Shown: positions 24,765-36,785, numbered from the stretch's first letter. The stretch is DNA of 64,000 bases from Scyliorhinus canicula (GCF_902713615.1 NW_024055740.1:124001-188000), one strand, 5' to 3'. Made by a program: numbers and translations. The notes: generated by a model from the sequence alone, not told the origin.

Positions 24765-27700
24765 TCCACGCTCACTCGCCCTCACTCACCAGTCTTCACT
24801 CACTCACTCACCATCACTCATTCACACTCACTCACCTATCCTCAATGATACATCTTTCCTTAACAACCCTCACACCCACCCTCACACCCACCCTCACTCA
24901 CTTACCCTCACTCAACCACGCGCCCTGACACAGTCTCACTCACCCACCCTCCCTGACACATTCTAACTCACCCACCCCCCCTGAAAGACTCTCACTCACC
25001 CACCATCCCTGACACACTCTCACTCACCCACCCTCCCTCACACACTCTGACTCACCCACCCTCCCTGACACATTCTGACTCACCCACTCCCCCTGACAGA
25101 CTCTCACTCACCCACCCTCCCTGACACACTCTCACTCACCCACCCTCCCTGACACACTCTGACTCACCCACCCTCCCTGACACACTCTCACTCCCCCACC
25201 CTCCCTGACACACTCTCACTCACACACACTCCCTGACACACACTCACTGACCCACCCTCCCTGACACACTCACACTCACCCACCCTCCCTGACACACACA
25301 CACTCACCCACCCTCCCTGACACGCTCTCACTCACCCACCCTCCCTGACACACTCTCTCACCCACCCTCCCCGACACACTCCCACTCATCCACCCTCCCT
25401 GACACACACACTCACCCCACCCTCCCTGACACACTCTCTCACCCACCCTCCCCGACACACTCTCACTCACCCACCCTCCCTGACACACTCTGACTCACCC
25501 ACCCTCCCTGACACACTCTGACTCACCCACCCTCCCTGACACACTCTCACTCCCCCACCCTCCCTGACACACTCTCACTCACACACACTCCCTGACACAC
25601 TCTCACTCACCCACTCTCCCTGACACACTCTCACTCACCCACCCTCGGTGACACACACTCACTGACCCACCCTCCCTGACACACTCACACTCACCCACCC
25701 TCCCTGACACACACACACTCACCCACCCTCCCTGACACACTCTCACTCACCCACCCTCCCCGACACACCCTCACTCACCCACCCTCCCTGACACACTCTC
25801 ACTCACCCACCCTCCCTGACACACTCACTCACCCACACTCGCTGACACACTCTCACTCACCCACCCTCACTGACCCACCCTCCCTGACACACTCTCACTC
25901 ACCCACCCTCACTGACCCACCCTCCCTGACACACTCTCACTCACCCACCCGCCCTGACACACACTCACTCACCCTCCCTCCCTGACACACTCTCTCACCC
26001 ACCCTCCCCGACACACTCCCACTCATCCACCCTCCCTGACACGCACTCACCCCCACCCACCCTGACACACACACTCACCCACCCAGACGCACTGTCACTC
26101 ACCCACCCTCCCTGACAAACACTCACTCACCCACCCTCCCTGACACACCTCCCTGATCCACTCTCACTCACCCACCCTCAATCACACACCCTCCCTGACA
26201 CACACACACTCACCCTCCCTCCCTGACACACTCTCTCTCACCCACCAAACCTGACACACTCTCACTCACCCACCCTCCCTGATACACTGTCACTCATCCA
26301 TCCTCCCTGACACACTCTCACTCACCCACCCTCCCTGATACACTCTCACTCACCCACCCTCCCTGACAGACACTCATTCACCCACCCGCCCTGACACACA
26401 CTCATTCACCCACCCGCCCTGACACACTCTCTCATCCACCCTCCCCGACACACTCTCACTCATCCACCCTCCCTGGCACACACACACACTCCCTCCCTGA
26501 CACACTCTCTCTCACCCACCCTCCCTGACACACTCTCACTCACCACCCTTCCTGACACACTCGCACTCACCCACCCTCCCTGACACACACAGACTCACCC
26601 ACCCTCCCTCACACACTCTCTCACCCACCCTCCCTGACACACTCTCACTCACCACCCTCCCTGACACACTCTCACTGACCCACCCTCACTGACCCACCCT
26701 CCCTGACACACTCTCACTCACCCACCCGCCCTGACACACACTCACTCACCCACCCTCCCTGACACACTCTCACTCACCCACCCTCCCTGACACACTCTCA
26801 CTCACTCACCCTCCCTGACACACTCTCACTCACCCACCCGCCCTGACACACACTCACTCACCCTCCCTCCCTGACACACTCTCTCACCCACCCTCCCCGA
26901 CACACTCCCACTCATCCACCCTCCCTGACACACTCTCTCTCACCCACCCTCCCTAACACACTCTCACTCACCCACCCTACCTGGAACACTCTCACTCACC
27001 CACCCTCCCTGACACACTCTCGCTCATCCACCCTCCCTGACACACACTCACTGACCCACCTTCCCTTACACCCACTCACCACCCCCCATCCTCCCTGACA
27101 GACACTAACTCACACACCCTGCCTGACACACTCTCAATCACCCACCCTCCCTGACACACTCTCATTCACGCACCCTCCCTGTCACACACTCACTCACATA
27201 CCCTCCCTGACACACTTTCGCTCACCCACTCTCCTGACACACTCTCACACACCCACCCCATCCCTGACACACACTATCACCCACCCTCCCTGAAACTCTC
27301 ACTCACCCACCCTCCATGACACACTCACTCACCCACCCTCCCTGACACACTCTCACTCACCCACCCTCCCTGACACAGTCTCACTCTCCCACCCTCCCTG
27401 ACGCACTCTCACTCACCCACCCTCCCTGACTCACACTCACTGACACTCTCTCACTCACCCACCCTCCCTGACTCACTCTCACTCACCCACCCTCCCTGAC
27501 ACACACACACACTCATCCACCCTCCCTGACACACTCTCACTCGCCCACCCTCCCTGACACAGTCTCACTCACCCATCCTCCCTGACACACACACTCACCC
27601 ACTCTCCCTGGCACAGTCTCACTCACCCACCCTCCCTGACACACTTTCACTCACCCACCCTCCCTGACACACACTCACTGACCCTCCCTCCCTGATACAC

Positions 27701-29780
27701 ACTCACCCACCCTCCCTGACACACTCTCACTCACCAACCCTCCCTGACACACTCTCTCTCACCCACCCTCCCTGACACACTCTCACTCACCCACCCTCCC
27801 TGACACACTGTCACTCACCCACCCACTCTGACACACTTTCACTCCCTCACCCTCACACACACAGTCACCCATCCTCATTCACCACCACTCGCCCTGATTG
27901 ACTCACCCTTTCAGGCCCAACCTAACTCGTTCACCCTCACTCACACACTCTCACCCACTCATCCTCAAACCAACGCCCATCCTGACTCATCCTCACCCAC
28001 TCTCCTTCAGGCTCTCACCCTCACTCAGTCACCCACCCACACTCACTCCGCCACCCTCACACACCCTCGCTCACACACCCTCACTCACCCATCCTCAATG
28101 ACAAACTTTTCCTTTACGACGCTCACACACACCCTCACACCCACGGTCACTCACTCACCCTCACTCACCCACCCTCCCTGACACACCCTCACTCACCCAC
28201 CCTCACACACCCTCACTCCCCTACCCTCACACACCCTCACTCCCCTACCCTCACACACCCTCACTCACCCACCCTCCCTGACACACCCTCACTCACCCAC
28301 CCTCACACACCCTCACTCCCCTACCCTCACACACCCTCACTCCCCTACCCTCACACACCCTCACTCACCCACCCTCACTCACCCACCCTCACACACCCTC
28401 ACTCCCCTACCCTCACTCACCCTCACTCCCCTACCCTCACACACCCTCACTCACCCACCCTCACACACCCTAACCCACCCACCCTCATGCATGCTTATTC
28501 ACTCACCCACACTCACACACCCACCCTCACGCACCCTCAATCTTTAACCCACCCTCACTGACACATTCACTCTCCCCCCACTCAAATACCACCACCCACC
28601 CTAACTCCCCCACACTCACTCACTCACCCTCCAACCCACCATCGCTCTCGAATCCTCCCTCACACACCCACAATGACTCATTCATACTTACTCATCCAGC
28701 CTCACTCATTCACCCTCACAAAGACTCGCACCCACCCTCTTTAAGACCTTCACTCACAGATCTTTACCCTTCCTCACTCACGCACCCTCACTCATTCACA
28801 TTCCCTCATACACCCTTATTGAGCCACCCTCACCAGACGCACCCACCCTCTGTCACCCACTATCCCTCACCCTCACTCACCCACCCATCCTCACACACCC
28901 TCATTTACCCACACCCATCCTCTCACTCACCCTGACTCACTCATCCACCATCACACACCCACCCTCGCGCACCACCCACACTCATTCTCTGCCACTCACT
29001 CATCCTCACTCATCCTCGCACACCCACTAATTCTCAATGATGCACCTCACTCACTGAGCCACAGTTACATCCTCACTGACCCGCACTCACTCATACATCC
29101 TCCTTCAATCATCCTCACTCATTCACCCTCACTCGACTACGGTCACTGACTCCCCCTCATTCATTCACCCACTACATTCACTCACCAGCAATCGACCCCC
29201 TGACTCACCCAAGCTCACTCATTCACCGACCCCCTGACTCACCCACCCTCGGTCACTCATCTTCATTGGCTCGAACTACACAACCTCACTCATCCAGCGG
29301 CACTCATTCCTGCCTCTCACTCACTCTCCCTCACCCATCCTGGCTCATTCGTGCTCGGAGACACAGCCTCACCCATTAACCCTCACTCTGTCATTCACCC
29401 TGATCTGCCACTCATCAACACTCATACATCCTCAATCAGCCAACTCACTCACACACACTCACTCTCCTACCCTCACTCAGTTCCTCACTCATCCCCACTC
29501 ACCCTCCTACACTCACTCAGTTACTCACTCACCCACACTCACTCTCCTACCCTCACTCAGTTAGTCACTCACCCGCACTCACTCTTCTACCCTCACTCAG
29601 TTACTCACTCACCCACACTCACTCTCCTACCCTCACTCAGTTAGTCACTCACCCGCACACACTCTCCTACCCTCACTCAGTTACTCACTCACCCACACTC
29701 ACTCTCCTACCCTCACTCAGTTACTCACTCACACACACTCACTCTCCGACCCTCACTCAGTTACTCACTCATCCTCTCTC
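24765..29780. repeat. ~5 kb C/A-rich minisatellite complex
   Basis: Core ~28-bp unit CTCACTCACCCACCCTCCCTGACACACT (~24950-27850); ~22-bp CACACCCTCACTCCCCTACCCT block (~28190-28470); 40/41-bp units at ~29450-29770. Confidence 0.95.
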
Positions 29781-29789
29781 TCTGATGCT

Positions 29790-31250
29790 CAGGAAATGGG
29801 CAAGGGAGCGACTGCAACGGGGGAGGAATAGAGAACTGGAGCGAAACTGATGTCCAGTGGCGCCCGAATGTGGCTGCATGACACGGGAGTGGCGAGAGCC
29901 GGAGGAAGGAACAGAGAGCCGGGGGAAAGTGCGGAGAGCCGGGGGAAAGTGCGGAGAGCCGGGGGAAGGAGCAGAGAGCCGCGGGAAGGAGCAGAGAGCA
30001 GGGGGAAGGGGCAGAGAGCCGGGGGAAGGGGCAGAGAGCCAGGGGAAGGGGCAGAGAGCCGGGGGAAGGAGCAGAGAGGCAGGGGAAGGGGCAGAGAGCC
30101 GGGGGAAGGTGCCGAGAGCCTGGGGTAGGAGCAGAGAGCCGGGGGAAAGAGCAGAGAGCCGGGGGAAGGAGCAGAGAGCCGGGGGCAGGTGCAGAAATCC
30201 GGGGGAAGGAGCCGAGAGCCGGGGGAAGGAGCAGAGAGCCGGGGGAGGAGCAGAGAGCCGGGGGAAGGTGCAGAGAGCCGGGGAAGGTGCAGAAAGCCGG
30301 GGGAAGGAGCCGAGAGCCGGGGGAAAGTGCGGAGAGCCGGGGGAAGGAGCCGAGAGACGGCGAAAAGGCAGAGTTGGGAGGAAAGCACAGAGATGCAGGG
30401 GAAAGGGCAGAGATGCAGGGGAATGGGCAGAGATGCAGGGGAATGGGCAGAGATGCAGGGGAAAGGCCAGAGATGCAGTGGAAAGGGCAGAGATGCAGGG
30501 GAAAGGGCAGAGATGCAGGGGAAAGGGCAGATATGAAGGGGAATGGGCAGAGATGAAGGAGAATGGGCAGAGATGCAGTGGAATGGGCAGAGATGCAGGG
30601 GAATGGGCAGAGATGCAGCGGAACACACAGAGAGCTGTAGAAAAGGACAGAGAGCTGGAAGGAAGTGGAGGGAGCAAGGGAAAGGTGCAGAGAGCGGGGT
30701 GGGGGGTGGGGGGGAGTGGGAGTGCAGGAGCCGGGGGAAGTGCAGGGAGCCGGGGGAAGGCGCCAAGAGCCGGGGAAGCAGCAGAGAGCCGGGGGAAGGG
30801 ACAGAGAGCCGGGGGAAGGAGCAGAGAGCCGGGGGAGGAGCAGAGAGGCGGGGGAAGGAGCAGAGAGCCGGGGGAAGGAGCAGAGAGCCTGGGGAAGGCG
30901 CAGAGAACCGGGGGGAGGGGCAGAGAGCCGGGAGAAGGGGCAGAGAGCTGGCGCAAGTGCAGAGAGCCGGACGAAAGTCCATAGAGTGGGCGATAAGCCA
31001 TAAGAATCGGGGTAAAGCGCACAGTGGCGAAATGTTCAAAAAGCCCGGGGAAAGTGCCAGGAACCGGGAAAAGTCGAAAGAACTAGGGAAAGTGCAGCGC
31101 ACATGGGCAAAGAGCCGTGGAAAAGAGCAGAGAGCTAAACGATAGTGAAGGGACCAGGAGGAAGGTGCAGCAATCCAGCGGGAACCGCAGAGAGATGGGG
31201 GAACGCTCAGAGAGCGCGGGGCGGGGAGTGGGGGGATCGCAGACAGCCCG
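29790..31250. repeat. G/A-rich 20-bp minisatellite complex
   Basis: GGGGGAAGGAGCAGAGAGCC units, 17 in exact phase at 29901-30240 and more to 30360 and at 30730-30970. CAGAGATGCAGGGGAAAGGG units at ~30388-30620. Confidence 0.95.
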
Positions 31251-31590
31251 GTCTCAGTGACAGGCGGAATGTGGGGTTAACACCACAATCAGCACAGCCG
31301 GGATCTTATTGAATGGGGGAGGAGGCTCGACGGATTGAATGGCCTCCTCCTGCTGTCAATGTGCATGGTCCTAAAATTAGTGAATGTTGCAATTACTCAA
31401 ATGTAGAATTTTATTGTAATTATATAAAGGTGCATTCAGAAGGTGTTTTTGAAGCAAAGCCACTATTCTCTGGTTTGGGGAGTGGAGGTAGTGAGCTGGA
31501 GAGAGGAGGGGGCATCAGTCAGTTTGAACAAAGGGAATTTCCCAAAACTGCAAAGATACAAATGAAGAGACAACTTTTGTAAGACCAGTT

Positions 31591-32285
31591 GATTGTGACG
31601 TACACAGCTCAGTTAGCTGGATTATGACCTACACAGCTCAATTAGCTGGATTGTGACGTACACAGCTCAATTAGCTGGATTATTACCTACACAGCTCAGT
31701 TAGCTGGATTGTGACGTACACAGCTCAGTTAGCTGGATTGTGACGTACACAGCTCAATTAGCTGGATTATGATCTACACAGCTCAGTTAGCTGGGTTGTG
31801 ACGTACACAGCTCAGTTAGCTGGATTGTGACATACACAGCTCAGTTAGCTGGATTGTGACGTACCCAGCTCAGTCAGCTAGTTTGTGACGTACATAGCTG
31901 AGTTAGTTGGATTGTGACATACACAGCTCAGTTAGCTGGATTGTGACGTACCCAGCTCAGTGAGCTAGATTGTGACGTACACAGCTCAGTCAGCTGGTTT
32001 GTGACGTGACAGCTCAGTTAGCTGGATTGTGACGTACATGGCTCGGTGAGGTGGATTGTGACGTACACAACTCAGTTAGCTGGATTGTGACGTACACACC
32101 TCAATTAGCTGGATTGTGACGTACACACCTCAATTAGCTGGATTGTGACGTACACAGCTCAATTAGCTGGATTGTGACGTACACAGCTCAGTTAGGTGGA
32201 TTGTGACGTACACAGCTCAGTTAGGTGGATTGTGACGTACACAGCTCAGTTAGCTGGATTGTGACGTACACAGCTCAGTTAGCTG
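31591..32285. repeat. 24 x 29-bp tandem array GATTGTGACGTACACAGCTCAGTTAGCTG
   Basis: Counted 24 units (one is 28 bp) with about 40 AGCT and about 19 TGACGT motifs. Confidence 0.97.
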
Positions 32286-32464
32286 GACGGCTGGTTCGTG
32301 ACGAAGAGCGATCCCAACAGCGCGGGTTCAAACGCTGCACCGGCTGAGGTTATTCATAAAGATCTCCATTCTCAACCTTGCTCCTGGCCTGATGTGTGGT
32401 GACCCTCAGGTTAAATCGCCACAGTCAGCTCTCAAAGGGAAAGAACAGTCTCCGGAACTATGGC
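32271..32464 (+). mobile_element. tRNA-derived SINE (head B + body 3), continuous with the last array unit
   Basis: AGCTCAGTTAGCTGGACGGCTGGTTCGTGACG...GCGGGTTCAAA...CCTCAGGTTAAATC aligns with 54651-54880. Confidence 0.8.
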
Positions 32465-32791
32465 CTCATTTGCATTTTATATTACATGGTGGCTGAAATA
32501 ATGGGGGAAACGCTCTGCTCTTCTCTTTCAATCCAATGAAAGATACACCATTCAGATTACATCAAAACATGTTTTTTTTTATAGAGACGGAGAAAGAGGT
32601 GAGTTTCTGAACAAGGGACAAAAAGTAGGTGATTCCGAACGATAGAACCGATAGAAGATTCAATGTGGATGTGTGATTTAATCGGAAATGTTAGGATAAA
32701 ATCATAGTTCTAGTCAAATTATGAAATGCTTGGTTACTTATAAATCACAAATACCAGAGTCTAACTTGTTGAATGGGCCATTCTCCCCCAG

Positions 32792-33091
32792 TGACACCGA
32801 CTCCGCCCACTCTCTACAGTCTGGTCTCCTCCTGTCAGCAACACAACACCGACGGCTCCGTGACCTACGGCTGTTTGGCGATGGACTACTCCCCAGAAAT
32901 CACCAGCCTCACCTGGAAGAACGATGGGCAGCTGATCACCACTGGAGTTAAGAAATACCCATCAGTAAAAAACAAGAAGGGAACCTACACCCTGAGCAGC
33001 CAGTTAACCATCACCGAGTCAGAGGGGGGATGCAGCAACATCAGCTGTGAGGTTCGACACAGCGGCTCAGACAAGAGCATTGGAATGGAAT
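32792..33091 (+). CDS. IGHM: Cmu1 exon
   Basis: CCCCAG acceptor; [17 protein letters not shown]...YGCLAMDY...LTWKND...SCEVRH; donor GTAAGT at 33092. Confidence 0.96.
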
Positions 33092-33299
33092 GTAAGTGTT
33101 GTGGAACCTGTGAGAAATAGAAAACATATGATTACCTTATATAGGGTCTTGGATATAACTCATTTGTAATACTCTGCATATTCCTGATCCCTGGAAAATC
33201 CAGCTTAGTGTCTATTGACCACAAACATTTTTTAAGTATATCAACTCATTTTGTTTATCAATTTCTACTGCAAGAGATATCTCATTGTGTTTCTTGAAG

Positions 33300-33608
33300 G
33301 TCCCAGAATTTATGCTCCAAATGTTCTCCTCACCGTGAGTTCCAGTGAAGAAATCACAAGACAGAAATTTGCAACCATCGTCTGTTCAATCAACGATTTC
33401 CATCCAAAGTCAATGACGGTGAAGTGGCTGAAGAATGGACAAGCTATGGGTTCAGGAATTGTCACCTCTCCCGCCTGTGAAGTTAACGGGAACTTCTCAG
33501 CGAGCAGTCGGCTGACAGTCTCCGCTGGGGAATGGTTCAGCAAAGCGGTCTATACCTGCCAGGTCACTCATGAAGAGGTCACCCAAATTCACAACATCAC
33601 CGCGTCTG
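33300..33608 (+). CDS. IGHM: Cmu2 exon
   Basis: [12 protein letters not shown]...[21 protein letters not shown]...YTCQVTH; donor GTAAGA at 33609. Confidence 0.96.
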
Positions 33609-33843
33609 GTAAGAGACACAAACAGAGGAAACAATAAATCATCCTGCACTCTGATGTTAATCCAAATCAGGAATTTACTGAAGTTAGTACAAAGCACAGA
33701 ATAACTTCTAGTTTGCTGCCATGTAGTTTGTGTTTCATTCTGATGTAAGAGCTGCATTAGGATTGCTGACCATTCACGATTTTATGAATATAGAAATAAA
33801 TGTATCCCTTTAATTTGAAGTAATTTAGTGAGTGAGGTGAATC

Positions 33844-34023
33844 AATGAAATGAAAATCCCTTATTCTCACAAGTATTCTTCAAATGAATTACTGTGAAAA
33901 GCCCCTCGTCGCCACGTTCCGGCGCCTGTTCGGGGAGGCTGGTATGGGAATTGAACCCGCGTTGCTGGCCTTACTTCGTCTACTTTAAAAGCCAGCTATT
34001 TAGCCCTGTGCTAAACCAGCCCC
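33844..34023 (-). mobile_element. Short SINE (head B + tail 2)
   Basis: Reverse complement: GGGCTGGTTTAGCACAGGGC...GGGTTCAATTCCC...CCGAACAGGCGCCGGAAC with a TTTTCATTTCATT end. Confidence 0.8.
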
Positions 34024-34461
34024 TGATGGACTTGATATCAGCTTTATCCTCAGACAGCTGATTATATTTGAGAGTCAGTGGGTGTGTGGAACCCTTAACT
34101 GATAACAGCTCCGGGGGAAGTGTTGGAAAGTTCATCCAACCTATTTATGGATCAGCCTCCAGTACTTCGTCCCTGAGATCAGGACTGGAATATTTGTATT
34201 GGGAATGCTGCAATACTGATTCGTTAGAATGGCATCGGGGCTGACTGTATTTCACAATGAGAATAGTTTTCAGAAACCAAACTGGTTTTCCAATGCGTAT
34301 CGAAGATTAAAGGAGATCTTTAAAGGTTGATGCTTCGAAGTTGATTATTTCGAGGTTGATGTTTCGAAGTTGATTTATTCCCATTTAGAGTTCAGGTTGA
34401 ATCCTACTGACCTGATTCTGAAGATCAAACTTGGGTTGATTTCCACTTTTTTCATTCACAG

Positions 34462-34770
34462 ATCCTTCCATTTGCACTGATGCCTCAGTAACAATAGTGC
34501 CACCACCAATAGAACAGGTCTTACTGGAGGCGACTGTAACCTTAACCTGTGTCATTTCGAATGCTCCTTATGGAGTCAACGTGTCCTGGAGTGAAGCGAA
34601 GAAGCCGCTGAAATCAGAGATCGCCAACGAGCCTGGGGTAGATACTGAGAGCGTGCTCAGCAAATTAAACATCTCGACACAAGCCTGGCTGAGTGGGGCT
34701 GTGTTTGACTGTGTGGCGAGCCATCAGGACCTGCCAACTCCTTTAAGAATTTCAATTCACAAAAAAATAG
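34462..34770 (+). CDS. IGHM: Cmu3 exon
   Basis: [31 protein letters not shown]...VSWS...[13 protein letters not shown]; donor GTGAGC at 34771. Confidence 0.96.
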
Positions 34771-34984
34771 GTGAGCGGTGAAACTGAAGCAATAAGTGAG
34801 CCATTGTGTCTATTTCTAGTTTGAGAGCAGTGGTCAGTATTTAGCATTCAGTGTATTTATGGTCCATTCTGATTGGTAATTCCACTAACTAAATACTCTG
34901 GGCGTTTAGAGTTTCAGGGGGAAATTGATATGTAGATGAATGAACAATGAATTAAACCCAGTGATATTGGGTTAAGATGAAGCG

Positions 34985-35960
34985 AGACCATAGACCACAA
35001 GACATAGGAGCAGATGTAACCCATTGGGCCCATCAACACCGGTCCAGCCTTCAGTGAGTTCAAGCCTGATCTGATGTGATAACCTTCAACTCCTCTTTCC
35101 CACCTTATCCCCATATCTCTTGACGGTTTTACTGATTTAAAATATGTGTCCCTCAACCTTGAACGTACTGACCGACCCAGAATCTGAGGTCGCCTTCATT
35201 CTTCTAAACTCCAATAAGTACAGCCCAGCCGACTTAACCTCTCCCCGTAAGAAAATCCCTCCATACTCGGGATCAATCTCGTGATCCTTGTCTGGACTGC
35301 CTTCAAAACCAATCTGTCTTCCTTAGATAAGGGCAGCAAAACTATTCAAAGTATATCAGGTGTTGTCTAACTAATTCCCCAGTTTTAGCTAGGCTTCCCC
35401 ATTGTTATATTCTACTCCCTTTAAAATAAAGATCAGCATTCAATTTGCCTCCATATTACCGACAGAACTTGCTTTTTGTGGTTTCTGCACGAGGGCCCCC
35501 AATTCCCCCGTTACTTCAGCTTTCTTCAGTCTTTCTCTATATAAATAATAATTCTTTATGTTCTTCCTTCTACCAAAGTGTCGAACCTCACATTCTCTGT
35601 CCCTCTGTGGATTTCCTGTAATCCTCACCACTTGCCTTTTTACCTATTTTTTGTCATCTGCATGGGAATAGTACATTCATTTATCAATCACCGTTTTGAA
35701 ATTCATGTATATTACATCTATTGCCCCACCCCCTCCCCCCTCCCTCTCTCGCCTTCTCGTCATCACCTCAAATAAGGGCACTAAATTTGTCAGGCATGAT
35801 TTACCCTTCCCGAAGCCGTGCTGACTCTGTTTGATTATATTGAGTATTTCTAAATGCTCAGCTATTGGATCTGTTATAATGGACTCGAACCGTTTTCCAC
35901 TGACAGATGTTAAGGTCCCTGGCCTATAGTTACCTGTGTTTGACTCCCTCCCCTTTTGAA
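34985..35960 (-). mobile_element. CR1 LINE fragment in the Cmu3-Cmu4 intron (plus + strand tail pieces to ~36130)
   Basis: Tail ACAAGACATAGGAGCAG; decayed RT C-terminal coding sequence. Confidence 0.8.
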
Positions 35961-36351
35961 GGGTATAGGGTGGAGACGTGGGTTTGAGTCAGGTGATCAT
36001 GGCTCGGCACAACATCGAGGGCCGAAGGGCCTGTTCTGTGCTGTACTGTTCTATGTTCTAAGGTGGGAGGAGCCTGGTGTGGAGTTTATACACCAGCACA
36101 GAATAGTTGGGCCGAATGGCCTGTTTCCCTGCTGTACACTTTCTGAAACTTTCGAATCCAATATCCGTAAATTCTCAGGGAAAAGGATTGTGTCCACCTC
36201 TGCTCCGAGCTGGGAAACCGGACAGATCCCAAAGTGGAAAATGGAAACCTTTAAAATCCAACACAAAACACATTTCTCCCACATCTACCCCGCGGTTCCA
36301 TTGTCTCCAGAATTCCCCATTTTATTGACATTTATTGTACATTTTCTGCAG

Positions 36352-36743
36352 ATCCCAATCCGCGGGAACCGTCCGTCTCTGTCCTCCTGCCCTCGGCTGA
36401 AGACGTCTCCGCTCAGGGATTCGTCTCCCTCAGCTGCTTAGTGAGAGGTTTCTCCCCCCGAGAGATCTTCGTCAAGTGGACCGTCAATGACAAGCCGGTG
36501 AATCCCGGGAACTACAAGAACACCGAGGTGATGGCGGAGAACGGCAATAGCTCCTTCTTCATGTACAGCCTGTTATCCATTGCAGCGGAGGAGTGGGCCA
36601 GCGGCGCTTCTTACTCCTGTGTGGTGGGACATGAAGCCATCCCCTTGAAGATCATCAACAGAACGGTTGATAAATCCAGCGGTAAACCCAGTTTTGTGAA
36701 CATTTCCCTCGCTCTGATGGACACCGTTAATTCATGTCAATGA
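36352..36743 (+). CDS. IGHM: Cmu4 exon + secretory tailpiece ([20 protein letters not shown])
   Basis: [15 protein letters not shown]...[16 protein letters not shown]...YSCVVGHE. Internal donor G|GTAAA at 36681/36682 for the membrane form; tailpiece has NIS and a penultimate Cys. Confidence 0.97.
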
Positions 36744-36770
36744 GAATCGATTGGTTATATTTCGAACTAA

Positions 36771-36785
36771 AATAAAAATAATAAA
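36771..36785 (+). terminator. Secreted-form poly(A) signals
   Basis: AATAAA at 36771-36776 and 36780-36785, ~30 bp after the stop. Confidence 0.85.

Noticed and set aside
29769-31145. Several 200-437 aa ORFs on both strands
   Set aside because: They are translations of a stop-free 20-bp minisatellite (periodic, low complexity) inside the J-C intron.
31591-32285. 29-bp repeat array resembling a CRISPR array in repeat length
   Set aside because: Units are head-to-tail with no unique spacers, there are no cas genes, the context is a vertebrate intron, and the unit traces to a SINE head.
36352-36743. Higher CpG count in Cmu4 (23 in 392 nt versus 10-12 in 309 nt for Cmu2/3)
   Set aside because: Less than a two-fold difference on small counts; not enough to claim a CpG island or biased gene conversion.
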